DNA of 57,601 nucleotides from Candidatus Omnitrophota bacterium (GTDB lineage Bacteria; Omnitrophota; Gorgyraeia; JABMRG01). Position 1 is the first letter of the stretch. The number at the start of each line of letters is the position of its first letter. Shown in pieces: positions 20,404-29,592 of the stretch. The notes under the pieces were generated by a model. It was not told where the DNA came from. It worked only from the letters and a program-made list of their open reading frames with translations, and did not search any database. Position numbers and translations under genes: made by a program. The stretch covers positions 1 through 57,601 of the forward strand of contig JAQUQI010000010.1 in the NCBI GenBank assembly GCA_028716165.1. The letters are read 5' to 3'.

Positions 20404-21777
20404 TTAACTACCCGATTTAATTTGATTTATAAGGTTTTCTATAATCTGTTTAAATTGTGGGTTGTTTTCCATCTCTTTTCCAACCTTATTGCAGGCATGT
20501 AATATTGTTGTATGGTCTCTACCACCAAAAAAACCACCTATTTCGGTTAATGGTGTTTTTGTAAGTTCCCTAGCCAAATACATTGCAACCTGCCTTGGAA
20601 ACGCTAATTGTTTTGTCCTTTTTTTTGCGCGCATTGAGTTGGCGCCAACAACAAAATATTCTGCCACAACCCGTTGTATTTTATCAATAGAAATTTCTGA
20701 AATTTTTTTATTTTCCGACTCCTGTAAAACCTCCTTTACAGAGCTGATTGATATTTCGCGGCCCAATAAAGACGCGTAAGCTATCACACGAATCAAGGCC
20801 CCCTCTAATTCGCGTATATTGCTTTTTATGTTTTCAGCTATATATAACAATACATCATCTTGGACGCGCGCGCTGGAGCGCTCTAATTTTTTTCTTAATA
20901 TCGCCACCCTGGTTTCTATGTCAGGGGGTTGGATGTCTGTAACCAGGCCCCACTCAAAACGGGATACAAGCCTGTTTTCTAATGAAGGTATTTCTTTTGG
21001 GGGCCGGTCACTTGATATAATAATCTGCTTATGGGAATCGTAAAGCGCGTTAAATGTGTGAAAAAACTCTTCTTGGGTTGATTCTTTCCCTGAAAGAAAT
21101 TGTATATCGTCCACCATTAGTATGTCAAGATGCCGATATTGGTCTTTAAATTTTTGAGTACTCCTGTTCTGTATGGCGCTGATGAGTTGGTTGGTAAATT
21201 TTTCACAGGACATATAGGTGATTTTTAGTTTTGGGTATTTTAATAAAGTATGCTGGCCTATGGCCTGCATTAAATGTGTTTTGCCGAGGCCAACGCCCCC
21301 ATATATAAATAAGGGATTATAAGATTTAGCGGGCGATTCGGCAACCGCGAACGCGGCCGCGTGCGCAAACTTATTACAGCCTCCGATTACAAAACTACCA
21401 AACGTGTAACGCGGGTTGAAACAAGATTCTCTTTGCGCCGCGTTGCGCTCAAAAGGGTTTGGGAATAAACGGAATCCTCCACGCTTGTCCTGATCGGTTG
21501 CCGCGGGTTGTTTAATGCTGTCTTGCGCGGGCTGGGTTTGGTAAGTGATGTTAATGTGTGTTTTATCAAGAACTTTAAGAGCATTGCTTATGTGGTCGGA
21601 ATAATGCTCCACCAGCCAATCTTTGAAAAACGCGTTCGGCACTTCCACGACGACAAAATCGGTTCCGGATGACACCTGTTTTGTCGGGGCGAACCATGTT
21701 TCGTAACTCTGCGGGCTTACTTGGTTACGCAGGCAACGCAAGATATCATCCCACGAGTTATTAAGAAGTTGGGACAT
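20404..21777 (-). CDS. dnaA: Chromosomal replication initiator
   Basis: YNPLFIYGGVGLGKTHL, DDIQF and SRFEWGL motifs; domain IV FGGRDHTTILHA. Confidence 0.99.
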   Translation of the reverse strand: MSQLLNNSWDDILRCLRNQVSPQSYETWFAPTKQVSSGTDFVVVEVPNAFFKDWLVEHYSDHISNALKVLDKTHINITYQTQPAQDSIKQPAATDQDKRGGFRLFPNPFERNAAQRESCFNPRYTFGSFVIGGCNKFAHAAAFAVAESPAKSYNPLFIYGGVGLGKTHLMQAIGQHTLLKYPKLKITYMSCEKFTNQLISAIQNRSTQKFKDQYRHLDILMVDDIQFLSGKESTQEEFFHTFNALYDSHKQIIISSDRPPKEIPSLENRLVSRFEWGLVTDIQPPDIETRVAILRKKLERSSARVQDDVLLYIAENIKSNIRELEGALIRVIAYASLLGREISISSVKEVLQESENKKISEISIDKIQRVVAEYFVVGANSMRAKKRTKQLAFPRQVAMYLARELTKTPLTEIGGFFGGRDHTTILHACNKVGKEMENNPQFKQIIENLINQIKSGS

Positions 21778-21868
21778 ATTTTAAAAATCCTATCTCTATT
21801 GCTAAGCAGGGCTCAAAAACTCCCTTAATTGTAATGGTTGTTGATAGCTGGACAAAAAATACGGATTC

Positions 21869-21896
21869 ATTATAACAGAACGGCGCTTGTTTGCAA
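21869..21896 (-). promoter_or_regulatory. dnaA promoter
   Basis: Minus strand reads TTGCAA-16 nt-TATAAT with TGn extension. Confidence 0.65.
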
Positions 21897-21912
21897 GCAA
21901 AAAGTTTTTACC

Positions 21913-21940
21913 TTGACTTGGGTGTGAGTTGTGTTATACT
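21913..21940 (+). promoter_or_regulatory. rpmH operon promoter
   Basis: TTGACT-16 nt-TATACT with TGn extension. Confidence 0.7.
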
Positions 21941-21949
21941 TGTTGCATT

Positions 21950-22087
21950 ATGAAAAAACATCTTACGCTGAAATCAAATCTAAAGCGCAAGCGCAAGCAC
22001 GGGTTTAAAAAACGTATGAGTACGGCCAGCGGTAGAAAAGTGCTGAAAAGCCGCAGGCGCAAGGGAAGAAAAATCCTGACAGCATGA
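21950..22087 (+). CDS. rpmH: 50S ribosomal protein L34 (missed by ORF track)
   Basis: Manual translation gives [45 protein letters not shown]; ATGA overlap with rnpA. Confidence 0.97.
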   Translation: MKKHLTLKSNLKRKRKHGFKKRMSTASGRKVLKSRRRKGRKILTA

Positions 22088-22464
22088 AACAGCGCCCGTC
22101 TGCCGTGCGCCGCGCCGTTAATTTTAGCGCGGTCAAGCGAATTACCAGGCCCGGTGACTATAAGCGCGTTTACGCAACAGGGGTTAAGTATTTCGGCCGC
22201 TCGCTCAAGGTGTATATCGTTGTAAATAATCTCCATTACACACGGATAGGGGTTGTTGTTGGCAGGCGCGTTAGCCTGTCAGCTGTTGCACGTAACAGGG
22301 TCAAGCGGATTTTGCGCCACGAGGCAAGCCGACGCATACAGGCATTAAGTCCGCGCGGGCCTCTGGATGTGGTAGTTGTAGCGCGCCCGAAACCCGACGG
22401 TGTTTGGGATTCCAAAACACTAAGAGAAGACCTTTTGCTCCTGTCTAATCGGTGGCCGCAATGA
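22084..22464 (+). CDS. rnpA: RNase P protein component
   Basis: [10 protein letters not shown].. and the RNR motif AVARNRVKR; canonical position. Confidence 0.95.
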   Translation: MKQRPSAVRRAVNFSAVKRITRPGDYKRVYATGVKYFGRSLKVYIVVNNLHYTRIGVVVGRRVSLSAVARNRVKRILRHEASRRIQALSPRGPLDVVVVARPKPDGVWDSKTLREDLLLLSNRWPQ

Positions 22465-22682
22465 ATAAGTTTTTGTGTTTTTGCGCGCAGTCTATCATAC
22501 TTTTTTACCAGGCGGTATTTATTACGCAAAGAAGGCACCCGCATTGCAAATTTTTTCCAAGCTGTTCCGATTATACAATAATGGCTTTAAAAAAACACGG
22601 TTTTTTAACAGGTATTTGCTTTGGATTATGGCGCATCCTGCGGTGCAATCCCTTTACAAAGGGCGGCGTTGATTTGCCGTAA
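22461..22682 (+). CDS. yidD: Membrane protein insertion efficiency factor
   Basis: CKFFPSCSDY and RILRCNPF..GGVD motifs. Start set at ATG 22461 (ATGA overlap). Confidence 0.93.
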   Translation: MNKFLCFCAQSIILFYQAVFITQRRHPHCKFFPSCSDYTIMALKKHGFLTGICFGLWRILRCNPFTKGGVDLP

Positions 22683-22727
22683 GCGCTTAGGAAAATCACT
22701 TAACACCCATTAAATAAAGGATTTATA

Positions 22728-24344
22728 ATGAATAGTGAAAAACGTTTACTTTTAGCGGTTTCCATTTCAATGTTGATTATTATCGCGTATCAATTCTATG
22801 CCAAACAATATACCGGTTATGGCCAGCCTCACAAGGGCCCGGTTGTATCAGCAGAGTGTGTACCAGATGTGCCCAGCTCTTTAGGTGGAGATGTGACGGC
22901 AAGCGAGATCAAGCAAGTCTATGAAACAAAAACATTGGTTAATAATAATTTGCGCGTTGAGCTGACTACTGACGGCGCCAGGGCTATCGCCGTGGATTTA
23001 TTGGATTATTTTGATAAAAGCGGCTCCGCACAGCCGCTTATAGAACATAACTTAAAAGCGCCGAGCCTTTTCAGTATTACTTTTTTGCCTGATAGCGCTG
23101 TTGCGCGCTGGGATCTCGTTGAAGCAAGTGCAATAAGCGCGGTGTTTAAAAGTCGTTTCAGCGGTGTTGATATTACAAAAACCATTATTTTATCGCAAGA
23201 TAGCAATCAAATGGAAATGGTTTTAAGGTTTGCTAATCACGCAAAACACGCAAGTACTTTTCAATATCAGCTTTATAATGGAATATTGGCGGCAGGCAAG
23301 GGTTCTATGGATAGCCGATATATAGGCGCGGATATATGCTTTGATAATCAGATCATAAGGCGCGGCATATCAGGCAAAACGCTCAAGGGCAAAGAGTCGT
23401 TTTTTGGTAGTCCTGCATGGGTGACAACGCGCGGACGGTATTTTTCTTTCATTATGAAACCAAAACAACCTGCTCAATCTGTGAGCGTGCAAAGCAAAAC
23501 AAAAAACGATTTATTCACCTCTGTGGTATCAGAGCCGATCGCGCTTATGCCAGACAGCACTATTGAACATCGGTTTCTTGTGTATGCCGGACCCAATGAT
23601 ATCCAGAAAATGCTATTGTTTGACCCCTCGGCCCATTCTATTATTCATTATGGATTTTTTAATGTGATAGGCAAAATTCTTTTTGATGGATTGAAAATTT
23701 TATATCATATAACGCATAATTATGGTATTGCTATTATTTTATTATCTTTACTTATTAGCATAATCATGTTTCCGCTTTCGCGTAAAAGCTTGCAATCAAT
23801 GAAGGAAATGCAAAAAATCCAACCAGAAACAGAAGCAATACGCAAGCAATTTAGTGATAATCCGCAAAAGATGAACAAGGAAATCATGGAATTATATAAA
23901 AGGCACAAAATTAATCCTCTTGGCGGATGCCTGCCGATGCTTTTACAAATCCCCATATTTTTCTCATTATACCAGGTACTTTTAAGGAGTGTTGAACTCA
24001 AAGGAGCTGGATTTTTATGGATTAAAGATTTAGCGGAGCCGGATGCAGCTTTTCAGTTACCCACTGCTGTGCGCTCGCTACCAGTGATTGGAACGTCTGT
24101 AAATATATTGCCTATTTTAATGGCTCTTGCGATGGTGTTTCAGCAGAAATTATCTTGCGGCGGGAGCAAACAATTATCTGAGCAACAGCGCATTATGGCA
24201 GTTATAATGCCGATAATGTTTGGGTTGATATTTTATAATATGCCATCAGGGCTTGTTCTGTACTGGTTTACAAACACAATGTTTATGCTTTTTTTGCAGG
24301 AAGTGATTTTAAAACTGCCAGCCTTTGCGAGCGATAAGTGTTAA
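22728..24344 (+). CDS. yidC: Membrane protein insertase
   Basis: N-terminal TM, periplasmic domain, NYGIAIILL, GGCLPMLLQIPIF, WIKDLAEPD and PSGLVLYW motifs. Confidence 0.97.
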   Translation: MNSEKRLLLAVSISMLIIIAYQFYAKQYTGYGQPHKGPVVSAECVPDVPSSLGGDVTASEIKQVYETKTLVNNNLRVELTTDGARAIAVDLLDYFDKSGSAQPLIEHNLKAPSLFSITFLPDSAVARWDLVEASAISAVFKSRFSGVDITKTIILSQDSNQMEMVLRFANHAKHASTFQYQLYNGILAAGKGSMDSRYIGADICFDNQIIRRGISGKTLKGKESFFGSPAWVTTRGRYFSFIMKPKQPAQSVSVQSKTKNDLFTSVVSEPIALMPDSTIEHRFLVYAGPNDIQKMLLFDPSAHSIIHYGFFNVIGKILFDGLKILYHITHNYGIAIILLSLLISIIMFPLSRKSLQSMKEMQKIQPETEAIRKQFSDNPQKMNKEIMELYKRHKINPLGGCLPMLLQIPIFFSLYQVLLRSVELKGAGFLWIKDLAEPDAAFQLPTAVRSLPVIGTSVNILPILMALAMVFQQKLSCGGSKQLSEQQRIMAVIMPIMFGLIFYNMPSGLVLYWFTNTMFMLFLQEVILKLPAFASDKC

Positions 24345-24359
24345 TTGGAATAATTTTTA

Positions 24360-24387
24360 TTGACTATCTTGAAAATTATTATATAAT
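24360..24387 (+). promoter_or_regulatory. parAB promoter
   Basis: TTGACT-16 nt-TATAAT. Confidence 0.7.
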
Positions 24388-24423
24388 TAGCTTATAAAAC
24401 GATATTATTAAATAGGCAGTACG

Positions 24424-24439
24424 TGTTCCACGTGGAACA
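24424..24439. promoter_or_regulatory. parS centromere site
   Basis: Perfect 16-bp palindrome TGTTCCACGTGGAACA fitting the chromosomal parS consensus, 12 nt upstream of parA. Confidence 0.93.
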
Positions 24440-24451
24440 TCAGGAGTTTAT

Positions 24452-25390
24452 GTGGGCAAAATAATAGCTGTATGTAATCAAAAAGGCGGCGTTGGTAAAA
24501 CCACCACGTCCGTTAATTTAACAGCCTCATTAGGTGCTTCTGGAGCTAAAATCTTGCTTATAGATCTTGACCCTCAAGCAAATGCCACAAGCGGCCTTGG
24601 TATTGATAAAAAAAATATTAAATATAATGTTTATCATGTGCTTATTGAATCGCAACAACTGTGCGATGTTATACTGGATTCCGGGTTTGCTAATTTGTTT
24701 ATTGCCCCATCTGATACACATCTTACAGGCGCACAGCTTGAGCTGGTTAATGCGTTTAACCGTGAACATAGATTAAAAAACAGCTTAGCTTCTATTAGCC
24801 ACAATTATGACTTTATTTTTATTGATTGTCCTCCAAGCCTTGGTTTACTGACTATAAACGCGCTTACAGCAGCAAACACTATACTTATTCCATTACAATG
24901 CGAGTTTTATGCCATGGAAGGCCTTAGCCAATTATTGCAAACCGTAAAACTTGTGCAGGATCATTTGAACCCCACTCTTGATATTGAAGGGGTTGTATTG
25001 ACTATGGCAGATTATAGAACTAATCTGACAAATGAAGTAGTTGCTGAAGCCAAAAACTTTTTTAAAAATAAAATTTACGATACGGTGATACCTCGTTCAA
25101 TACGCTTAAGCGAAGCGCCCGGACACGGCAAACCGGCTATTGTCTATGATAAGAATTCTAATGGCGCTATGGCTTATCAACAGTTAGCCACAGAATTTCT
25201 AAATCGTAACAACTTTAATAATAATAAGATGCAAGAAATAAATGAATCAATCCACATTAAATCAACAACAGAGAGTGTGGGTATGGATAGTCAAAACCAG
25301 GATACTTGCCAAGGGGTTAATACGACAGCAGATATGCCGGTAGAGGCAGTACCCGATAAGGCAGAGAGTGACGGAGGCGGTAATGGATAA
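24452..25390 (+). CDS. parA: ParA/Soj ATPase with C-terminal extension
   Basis: NQKGGVGKTT, DLDPQANAT, DCPPSLG and IPRSIRLSEAP motifs. Confidence 0.97.
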   Translation: MGKIIAVCNQKGGVGKTTTSVNLTASLGASGAKILLIDLDPQANATSGLGIDKKNIKYNVYHVLIESQQLCDVILDSGFANLFIAPSDTHLTGAQLELVNAFNREHRLKNSLASISHNYDFIFIDCPPSLGLLTINALTAANTILIPLQCEFYAMEGLSQLLQTVKLVQDHLNPTLDIEGVVLTMADYRTNLTNEVVAEAKNFFKNKIYDTVIPRSIRLSEAPGHGKPAIVYDKNSNGAMAYQQLATEFLNRNNFNNNKMQEINESIHIKSTTESVGMDSQNQDTCQGVNTTADMPVEAVPDKAESDGGGNG

Positions 25391-26270
25391 GCGAAAGGCC
25401 TTAGGCAGGGGCTTTGATGCCCTTATGCCGGAGAAGACCACGGACAATAATAATCTTGGCTTATTGGCAACAGATAATAACACTAATGTTCATATGTTGA
25501 ACATAACTGATATCGTGCCCGGTAAATACCAGCCGCGGTCGGTTTTTAAGCAAGATAAGCTTAACGAGCTTGTCTTGTCTATCAAGGAAAAAGGGGTTGT
25601 CCAGCCTCTTTTGGTCAGGCGGGCTGTTACGGGTTATGAATTAATAGCAGGCGAGAGACGCTTAAGAGCGGCAAAAGAGTTGGGTATGACAACAATACCG
25701 GCTATTATCAAAGATGTTGACGATCTCAACGCGATGGAAATGGCTTTGATAGAGAATCTACAAAGGGAAGATCTGAACCCTATTGAAGAAGCTCTTGCTT
25801 ATCAAAAATTAAGCAGCGAATTTAATTTCACCCAGGAACAGATTGCTCAAGCTGTCGGGAGGGACAGGGCGTCTATAGCCAATACACTACGCTTGCTCCA
25901 TTTGCCCGAAACCGTTCAACGCCTGCTTGCTGAAGATATGATACAAATGGGGCACGCGCGGGCACTGCTTGCGATAGCCGATAAAAATAAACAGGCAAGG
26001 ATATGCGAAAAGATTATCCAGAAAGGGTTGTCTGTCCGCGAAGTTGAATTTTTAGCCAGACCTCATGCCGCTTTGCGCAAACAACAGCCCTATCACGGCA
26101 CCGGAGATCCGCACACACAGGCCATACAGGACGCGCTTGAAAAAATTTTAGGCACAAAGGTTATGATACAACACAGAAAAAAGCGCGGTAAGATTGTTAT
26201 AGATTACTATTCGCTGGATGACCTGGACCGTATTCTCGGCGTCATGCAATTAAAAATCAATTCTTTTTAA
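25383..26270 (+). CDS. parB: ParB/Spo0J
   Basis: KALGRG, QPR, the GERRLRA CTP-binding motif, ENLQREDLNPIEEA and an HTH. Start set at ATG 25383. Confidence 0.97.
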   Translation: MDKRKALGRGFDALMPEKTTDNNNLGLLATDNNTNVHMLNITDIVPGKYQPRSVFKQDKLNELVLSIKEKGVVQPLLVRRAVTGYELIAGERRLRAAKELGMTTIPAIIKDVDDLNAMEMALIENLQREDLNPIEEALAYQKLSSEFNFTQEQIAQAVGRDRASIANTLRLLHLPETVQRLLAEDMIQMGHARALLAIADKNKQARICEKIIQKGLSVREVEFLARPHAALRKQQPYHGTGDPHTQAIQDALEKILGTKVMIQHRKKRGKIVIDYYSLDDLDRILGVMQLKINSF

Positions 26271-26486
26271 GGCTGATTTTTAGACGCGGTCTTTATCAGG
26301 GTAATGTGCCTGCGCGCGTCCGACGGAATATAGCATACAATGACCGCCGCCAAACGGCTAAATTGGTTGGCCCGGTTTGCCGTGTTTACATGCCGCTTAC
26401 AGTATTTTTTATGAGATGTCTTTTATTTTACTCAAGAGAACCTTTTGGTTTTATTTTGGCAGCCGCAACTTTGGTAAAAATACTCA

Positions 26487-26514
26487 TTGACAATTTAACC
26501 GACGTAACTATAAT
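26487..26514 (+). promoter_or_regulatory. ndk operon promoter
   Basis: TTGACA-16 nt-TATAAT. Confidence 0.75.
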
Positions 26515-26539
26515 ATAACAATACAAGATAGGATATCGC

Positions 26540-27040
26540 ATGGTTGAAGCTACACTGGTTTTAATTAAACCGGATGGCCTGAAAAAATCTCTCACAGGTA
26601 ACATCCTTACGCGCCTTTCCGAGACAAAGCTTGATATCGTTGCCGCTCGCATGACTAATGTCAGCATGGATCTGGCTAAGGCCCACTACAATGCGTTGTC
26701 GGAGAAACCTTTTTTCCCCGAGCTGATTAAATATCTACAAGGCGAATTCCACGGCAAGCGCAAGGTGATGGCTATGGTGTATTACGGTGAGGGGGCCATT
26801 GAAAAGATCCGCAAGATAGCCGGCGCCACCAACCCCGAAGAGGCTGATTCTGTCACCATTCGCGGTCAATACGGCCGCATTACCACCAAGGGTGTTTATG
26901 AGAATGTTATCCACGCTTCCGCGAATCAGACTGACGCGGAGCGGGAAATCAAGTTATGGTTTAGCCCTTCAGAAATTATCGTAGACCTGTATCCCACGCG
27001 GCAGGCAGAATTAGTAAAATGCGAACGGGTTTGGGCCTAA
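26540..27040 (+). CDS. ndk: Nucleoside diphosphate kinase
   Basis: TLVLIKPDG, GATNP and TIRG motifs; catalytic NVIHAS. Confidence 0.95.
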   Translation: MVEATLVLIKPDGLKKSLTGNILTRLSETKLDIVAARMTNVSMDLAKAHYNALSEKPFFPELIKYLQGEFHGKRKVMAMVYYGEGAIEKIRKIAGATNPEEADSVTIRGQYGRITTKGVYENVIHASANQTDAEREIKLWFSPSEIIVDLYPTRQAELVKCERVWA

Positions 27041-27086
27041 TCGCGTATCCCGCATTCACAGGCAATTCAAAATAAAGGCAAGGTAC

Positions 27087-27968
27087 ATGTTACTTAGCAT
27101 GACAGGTTTTGGCAGAGGCGAAGCCTTTGGCTCTCCCGGTTCGGTCAAGATAGAGATTAAAAGCGTAAATTATAAATTTCTTGAAGTCACAAGCAAAATG
27201 CCGCCCAATCTTTCCGTGTTTGAAGACAGGGTGCGCGAGATACTTCAAAAAAGAGTGGCCCGGGGCAGGTTAAATCTTTTTTTAACCTATACGACCCGCG
27301 CCAAGCATCCCGATGAAGTACACATCAACAAAACATTGGCCAGGCAGTATTATAACAGAATTGTTTCGTTAAAGCGGTTTTTGGGCGCCCAGGGCGCGAT
27401 AGAGATCAGCCAGATTATAGGCCTGCCCGGCGTTGTGGAGTATAAGCCGCAAGAAGAGCAAATAAACGGCCTCTGGCCCGTAGTGCGACGCGCGGCAATA
27501 CTTGCTGTTGAGGACTTGCGCAAGGCGAAAGCGCGTGAAGGCAGAATACTGAAAAAGGCTGTCCGGGGTATGGTTAAGGATATAGAAAGCTCTCTTGATA
27601 AAATCAGGTCCCGCATGCCTCAGGTTATTGATGATTATAAAAAGAGATTAATAAAAAATGTGAAAGAAATATCGGGCAGCAGGCGTTCTTTAAACAGGCA
27701 GCGGATTGAAGAAGATGCGGCGGTATTTGCCAGAAATTGCGATATTACGGAAGAAACGCACAGGCTCTCCGCCCACATAATAGGTTTTAGAAAAGTCCTG
27801 CTTAATAACGGAGAAGCCGGCAGGCGGCTGGATTTTATAGCGCAAGAAATGCATAGGGAAATCAACACGATCGGAGCCAAGGCCAATGATTTTCCTATAG
27901 CGAAAGAGGTAATAAAGATCAAGAGCAACATTGATAAAATCAGGGAACAGGTGCAGAATGTTGAATAA
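27087..27968 (+). CDS. yicC: YicC/YloC family endoribonuclease
   Basis: SMTGFGR, EIKSVN, DITEE and [21 protein letters not shown] motifs. Confidence 0.95.
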   Translation: MLLSMTGFGRGEAFGSPGSVKIEIKSVNYKFLEVTSKMPPNLSVFEDRVREILQKRVARGRLNLFLTYTTRAKHPDEVHINKTLARQYYNRIVSLKRFLGAQGAIEISQIIGLPGVVEYKPQEEQINGLWPVVRRAAILAVEDLRKAKAREGRILKKAVRGMVKDIESSLDKIRSRMPQVIDDYKKRLIKNVKEISGSRRSLNRQRIEEDAAVFARNCDITEETHRLSAHIIGFRKVLLNNGEAGRRLDFIAQEMHREINTIGAKANDFPIAKEVIKIKSNIDKIREQVQNVE

Positions 27969-28209
27969 GAAAAATTTTCTAACTTTGATTAATTTAGGCT
28001 TTAACAACGCTGTTGTAAAAGAAAAAATAGTGGCTATAGTATCCCCCGAAGCCGCGCCGATAAAACGCTTGAAAGAAGAAGCAAGGCAGAACAGGAAATT
28101 AATTGACGCAACAAGCGGACGTCGGACGCGGTCGGTTATCATTATGGAAAGCGACCACGTGGTATTGGCCAGCGTCCAGCCCGGTACAATAGCCCAGAGG
28201 TTTAAGTGA
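27958..28209 (+). CDS. remA: DUF370/RemA family protein
   Basis: [18 protein letters not shown] and [15 protein letters not shown] motifs. Start set at ATG 27958. Confidence 0.92.
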   Translation: MLNKKNFLTLINLGFNNAVVKEKIVAIVSPEAAPIKRLKEEARQNRKLIDATSGRRTRSVIIMESDHVVLASVQPGTIAQRFK

Positions 28210-28820
28210 ATAAGGAAAACCGCCTCCCCGTGTCGGTAAAAGATGTGATGCGCAAAAAGGGAAGGTTGTTTGTGGTTTCAGGGCCGTCCGGATGCGGGAA
28301 AACAACATTATGCGACGCGCTGCTTAGACAGCGTATGGGGCTTGCCCGGTCAGTGTCTGTTACAACACGCCAGCCTCGCGGCAAAGAAAAAAACAAAAAG
28401 GATTATTTTTTTACCAGTATGCGGGCGTTTAAAAAGATGTTGGCCCGGCAAGGATTTTTAGAGCACGCCGAGGTCTTCGGTAATTATTACGGCACTCCGA
28501 AACAATTTGTTGAAAAGAACCTTAAAAGCGGGCGTGATATCCTATTGAATATAGACGTGCGCGGAGCCGCGCAGATAAGGCGCGCACACAAGGATGCCGT
28601 ATTGATTTTTATCCTGCCCCCGTCTATGGCTGATTTGCGGAACCGGCTTTTGGGCCGGCTGACCGATACGGATCAGCAGATACGCCAGCGGCTTTTTATC
28701 GCCAAAAAAGAATTAGAGGCTGTAGGTTTATATGATTATTACGTTGTTAACAACAAAATAGGCGCAGCGGTTAACGAACTGAAGCACATAATATCAGCCT
28801 CTCGCCGTAAGATCTCATAG
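28206..28820 (+). CDS. gmk: Guanylate kinase
   Basis: [26 protein letters not shown] and IFILPPS motifs. Confidence 0.97.
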   Translation: MNKENRLPVSVKDVMRKKGRLFVVSGPSGCGKTTLCDALLRQRMGLARSVSVTTRQPRGKEKNKKDYFFTSMRAFKKMLARQGFLEHAEVFGNYYGTPKQFVEKNLKSGRDILLNIDVRGAAQIRRAHKDAVLIFILPPSMADLRNRLLGRLTDTDQQIRQRLFIAKKELEAVGLYDYYVVNNKIGAAVNELKHIISASRRKIS

Positions 28821-28832
28821 GAGGGATACGAG

Positions 28833-29060
28833 GTGGTGCCAAATATCGGTTTGGAAGTATTATACGCCAAAACAGGCAGTATTTATAAATTGGTTGTAAT
28901 GGCTGCCAAGCGCGCGATAGAAATCAATGCGGCCGCGGCGCAGACAGTTCAAAATCCGGTAGATAACGCGATGGGCGCGGCCCTTGATGAAATCGCGGCG
29001 GGCAAGCTTTCATTCAAGAAACAAAAAGGTAAAGCGCAAGATGCGGCACAACAGAAGTAG
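28833..29060 (+). CDS. rpoZ: RNA polymerase omega subunit
   Basis: SIYKLVVMAAKRA...ALDEIAAG motif; position after gmk. Confidence 0.9.
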   Translation: MVPNIGLEVLYAKTGSIYKLVVMAAKRAIEINAAAAQTVQNPVDNAMGAALDEIAAGKLSFKKQKGKAQDAAQQK

Positions 29061-29592
29061 GCGCACAATTTTGATAGGCGTATGCGCTGGCATAGCGGCA
29101 TATAAAGTTTGCGATGCTATAACTGCTTTGAGAAAATTGGATTACGATGTTGTGGTTTGCATGAGCGCGCGCGCGCGTTTTTTTATTACACCGCTTACCC
29201 TGCAAACGCTGTCGGGCAATAAGATATTTGAGGACATGTTTGTGCCCGCGCAAGATTATGGGCTCGCGCATATTTCGCTTGCGGAAAGAGCGGACCTGGT
29301 GGTTGTGATACCGGCAACGGCTGATATTATAGCGAAGACAGCACACGGTATCTGCGATGAATTGTTAACCTGCGTTATAGCTTCCACAAAAGCGCCGGTA
29401 TTATTTGCGCCGGCGATGAACCAGGCTATGTATGCCAATCCGGTATTGCAGTCCAATATCAGCGCTTTAAAGAAACTGAAATATCACTTTATTGGCCCTG
29501 TCACAGGGCACCTTGCCTGCGGGGCAACCGGTATCGGCCATATTGCCGATACCCAAGATATAATCCGCAAGGCCCAGGCCCTTCTAAAATGA
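29041..29592 (+). CDS. coaC: Phosphopantothenoylcysteine decarboxylase (stand-alone)
   Basis: GIAAYK, HISLAE, PAMN..M and GHLACG..GIG motifs. Start set at ATG 29041. Confidence 0.92.
   Translation: MRHNRSRRTILIGVCAGIAAYKVCDAITALRKLDYDVVVCMSARARFFITPLTLQTLSGNKIFEDMFVPAQDYGLAHISLAERADLVVVIPATADIIAKTAHGICDELLTCVIASTKAPVLFAPAMNQAMYANPVLQSNISALKKLKYHFIGPVTGHLACGATGIGHIADTQDIIRKAQALLK

Noticed and set aside
28153-28166. CCACGTGG core inside remA as a second parS
   Set aside because: The flanks do not match TGTT/AACA; only the 8-bp core is palindromic.
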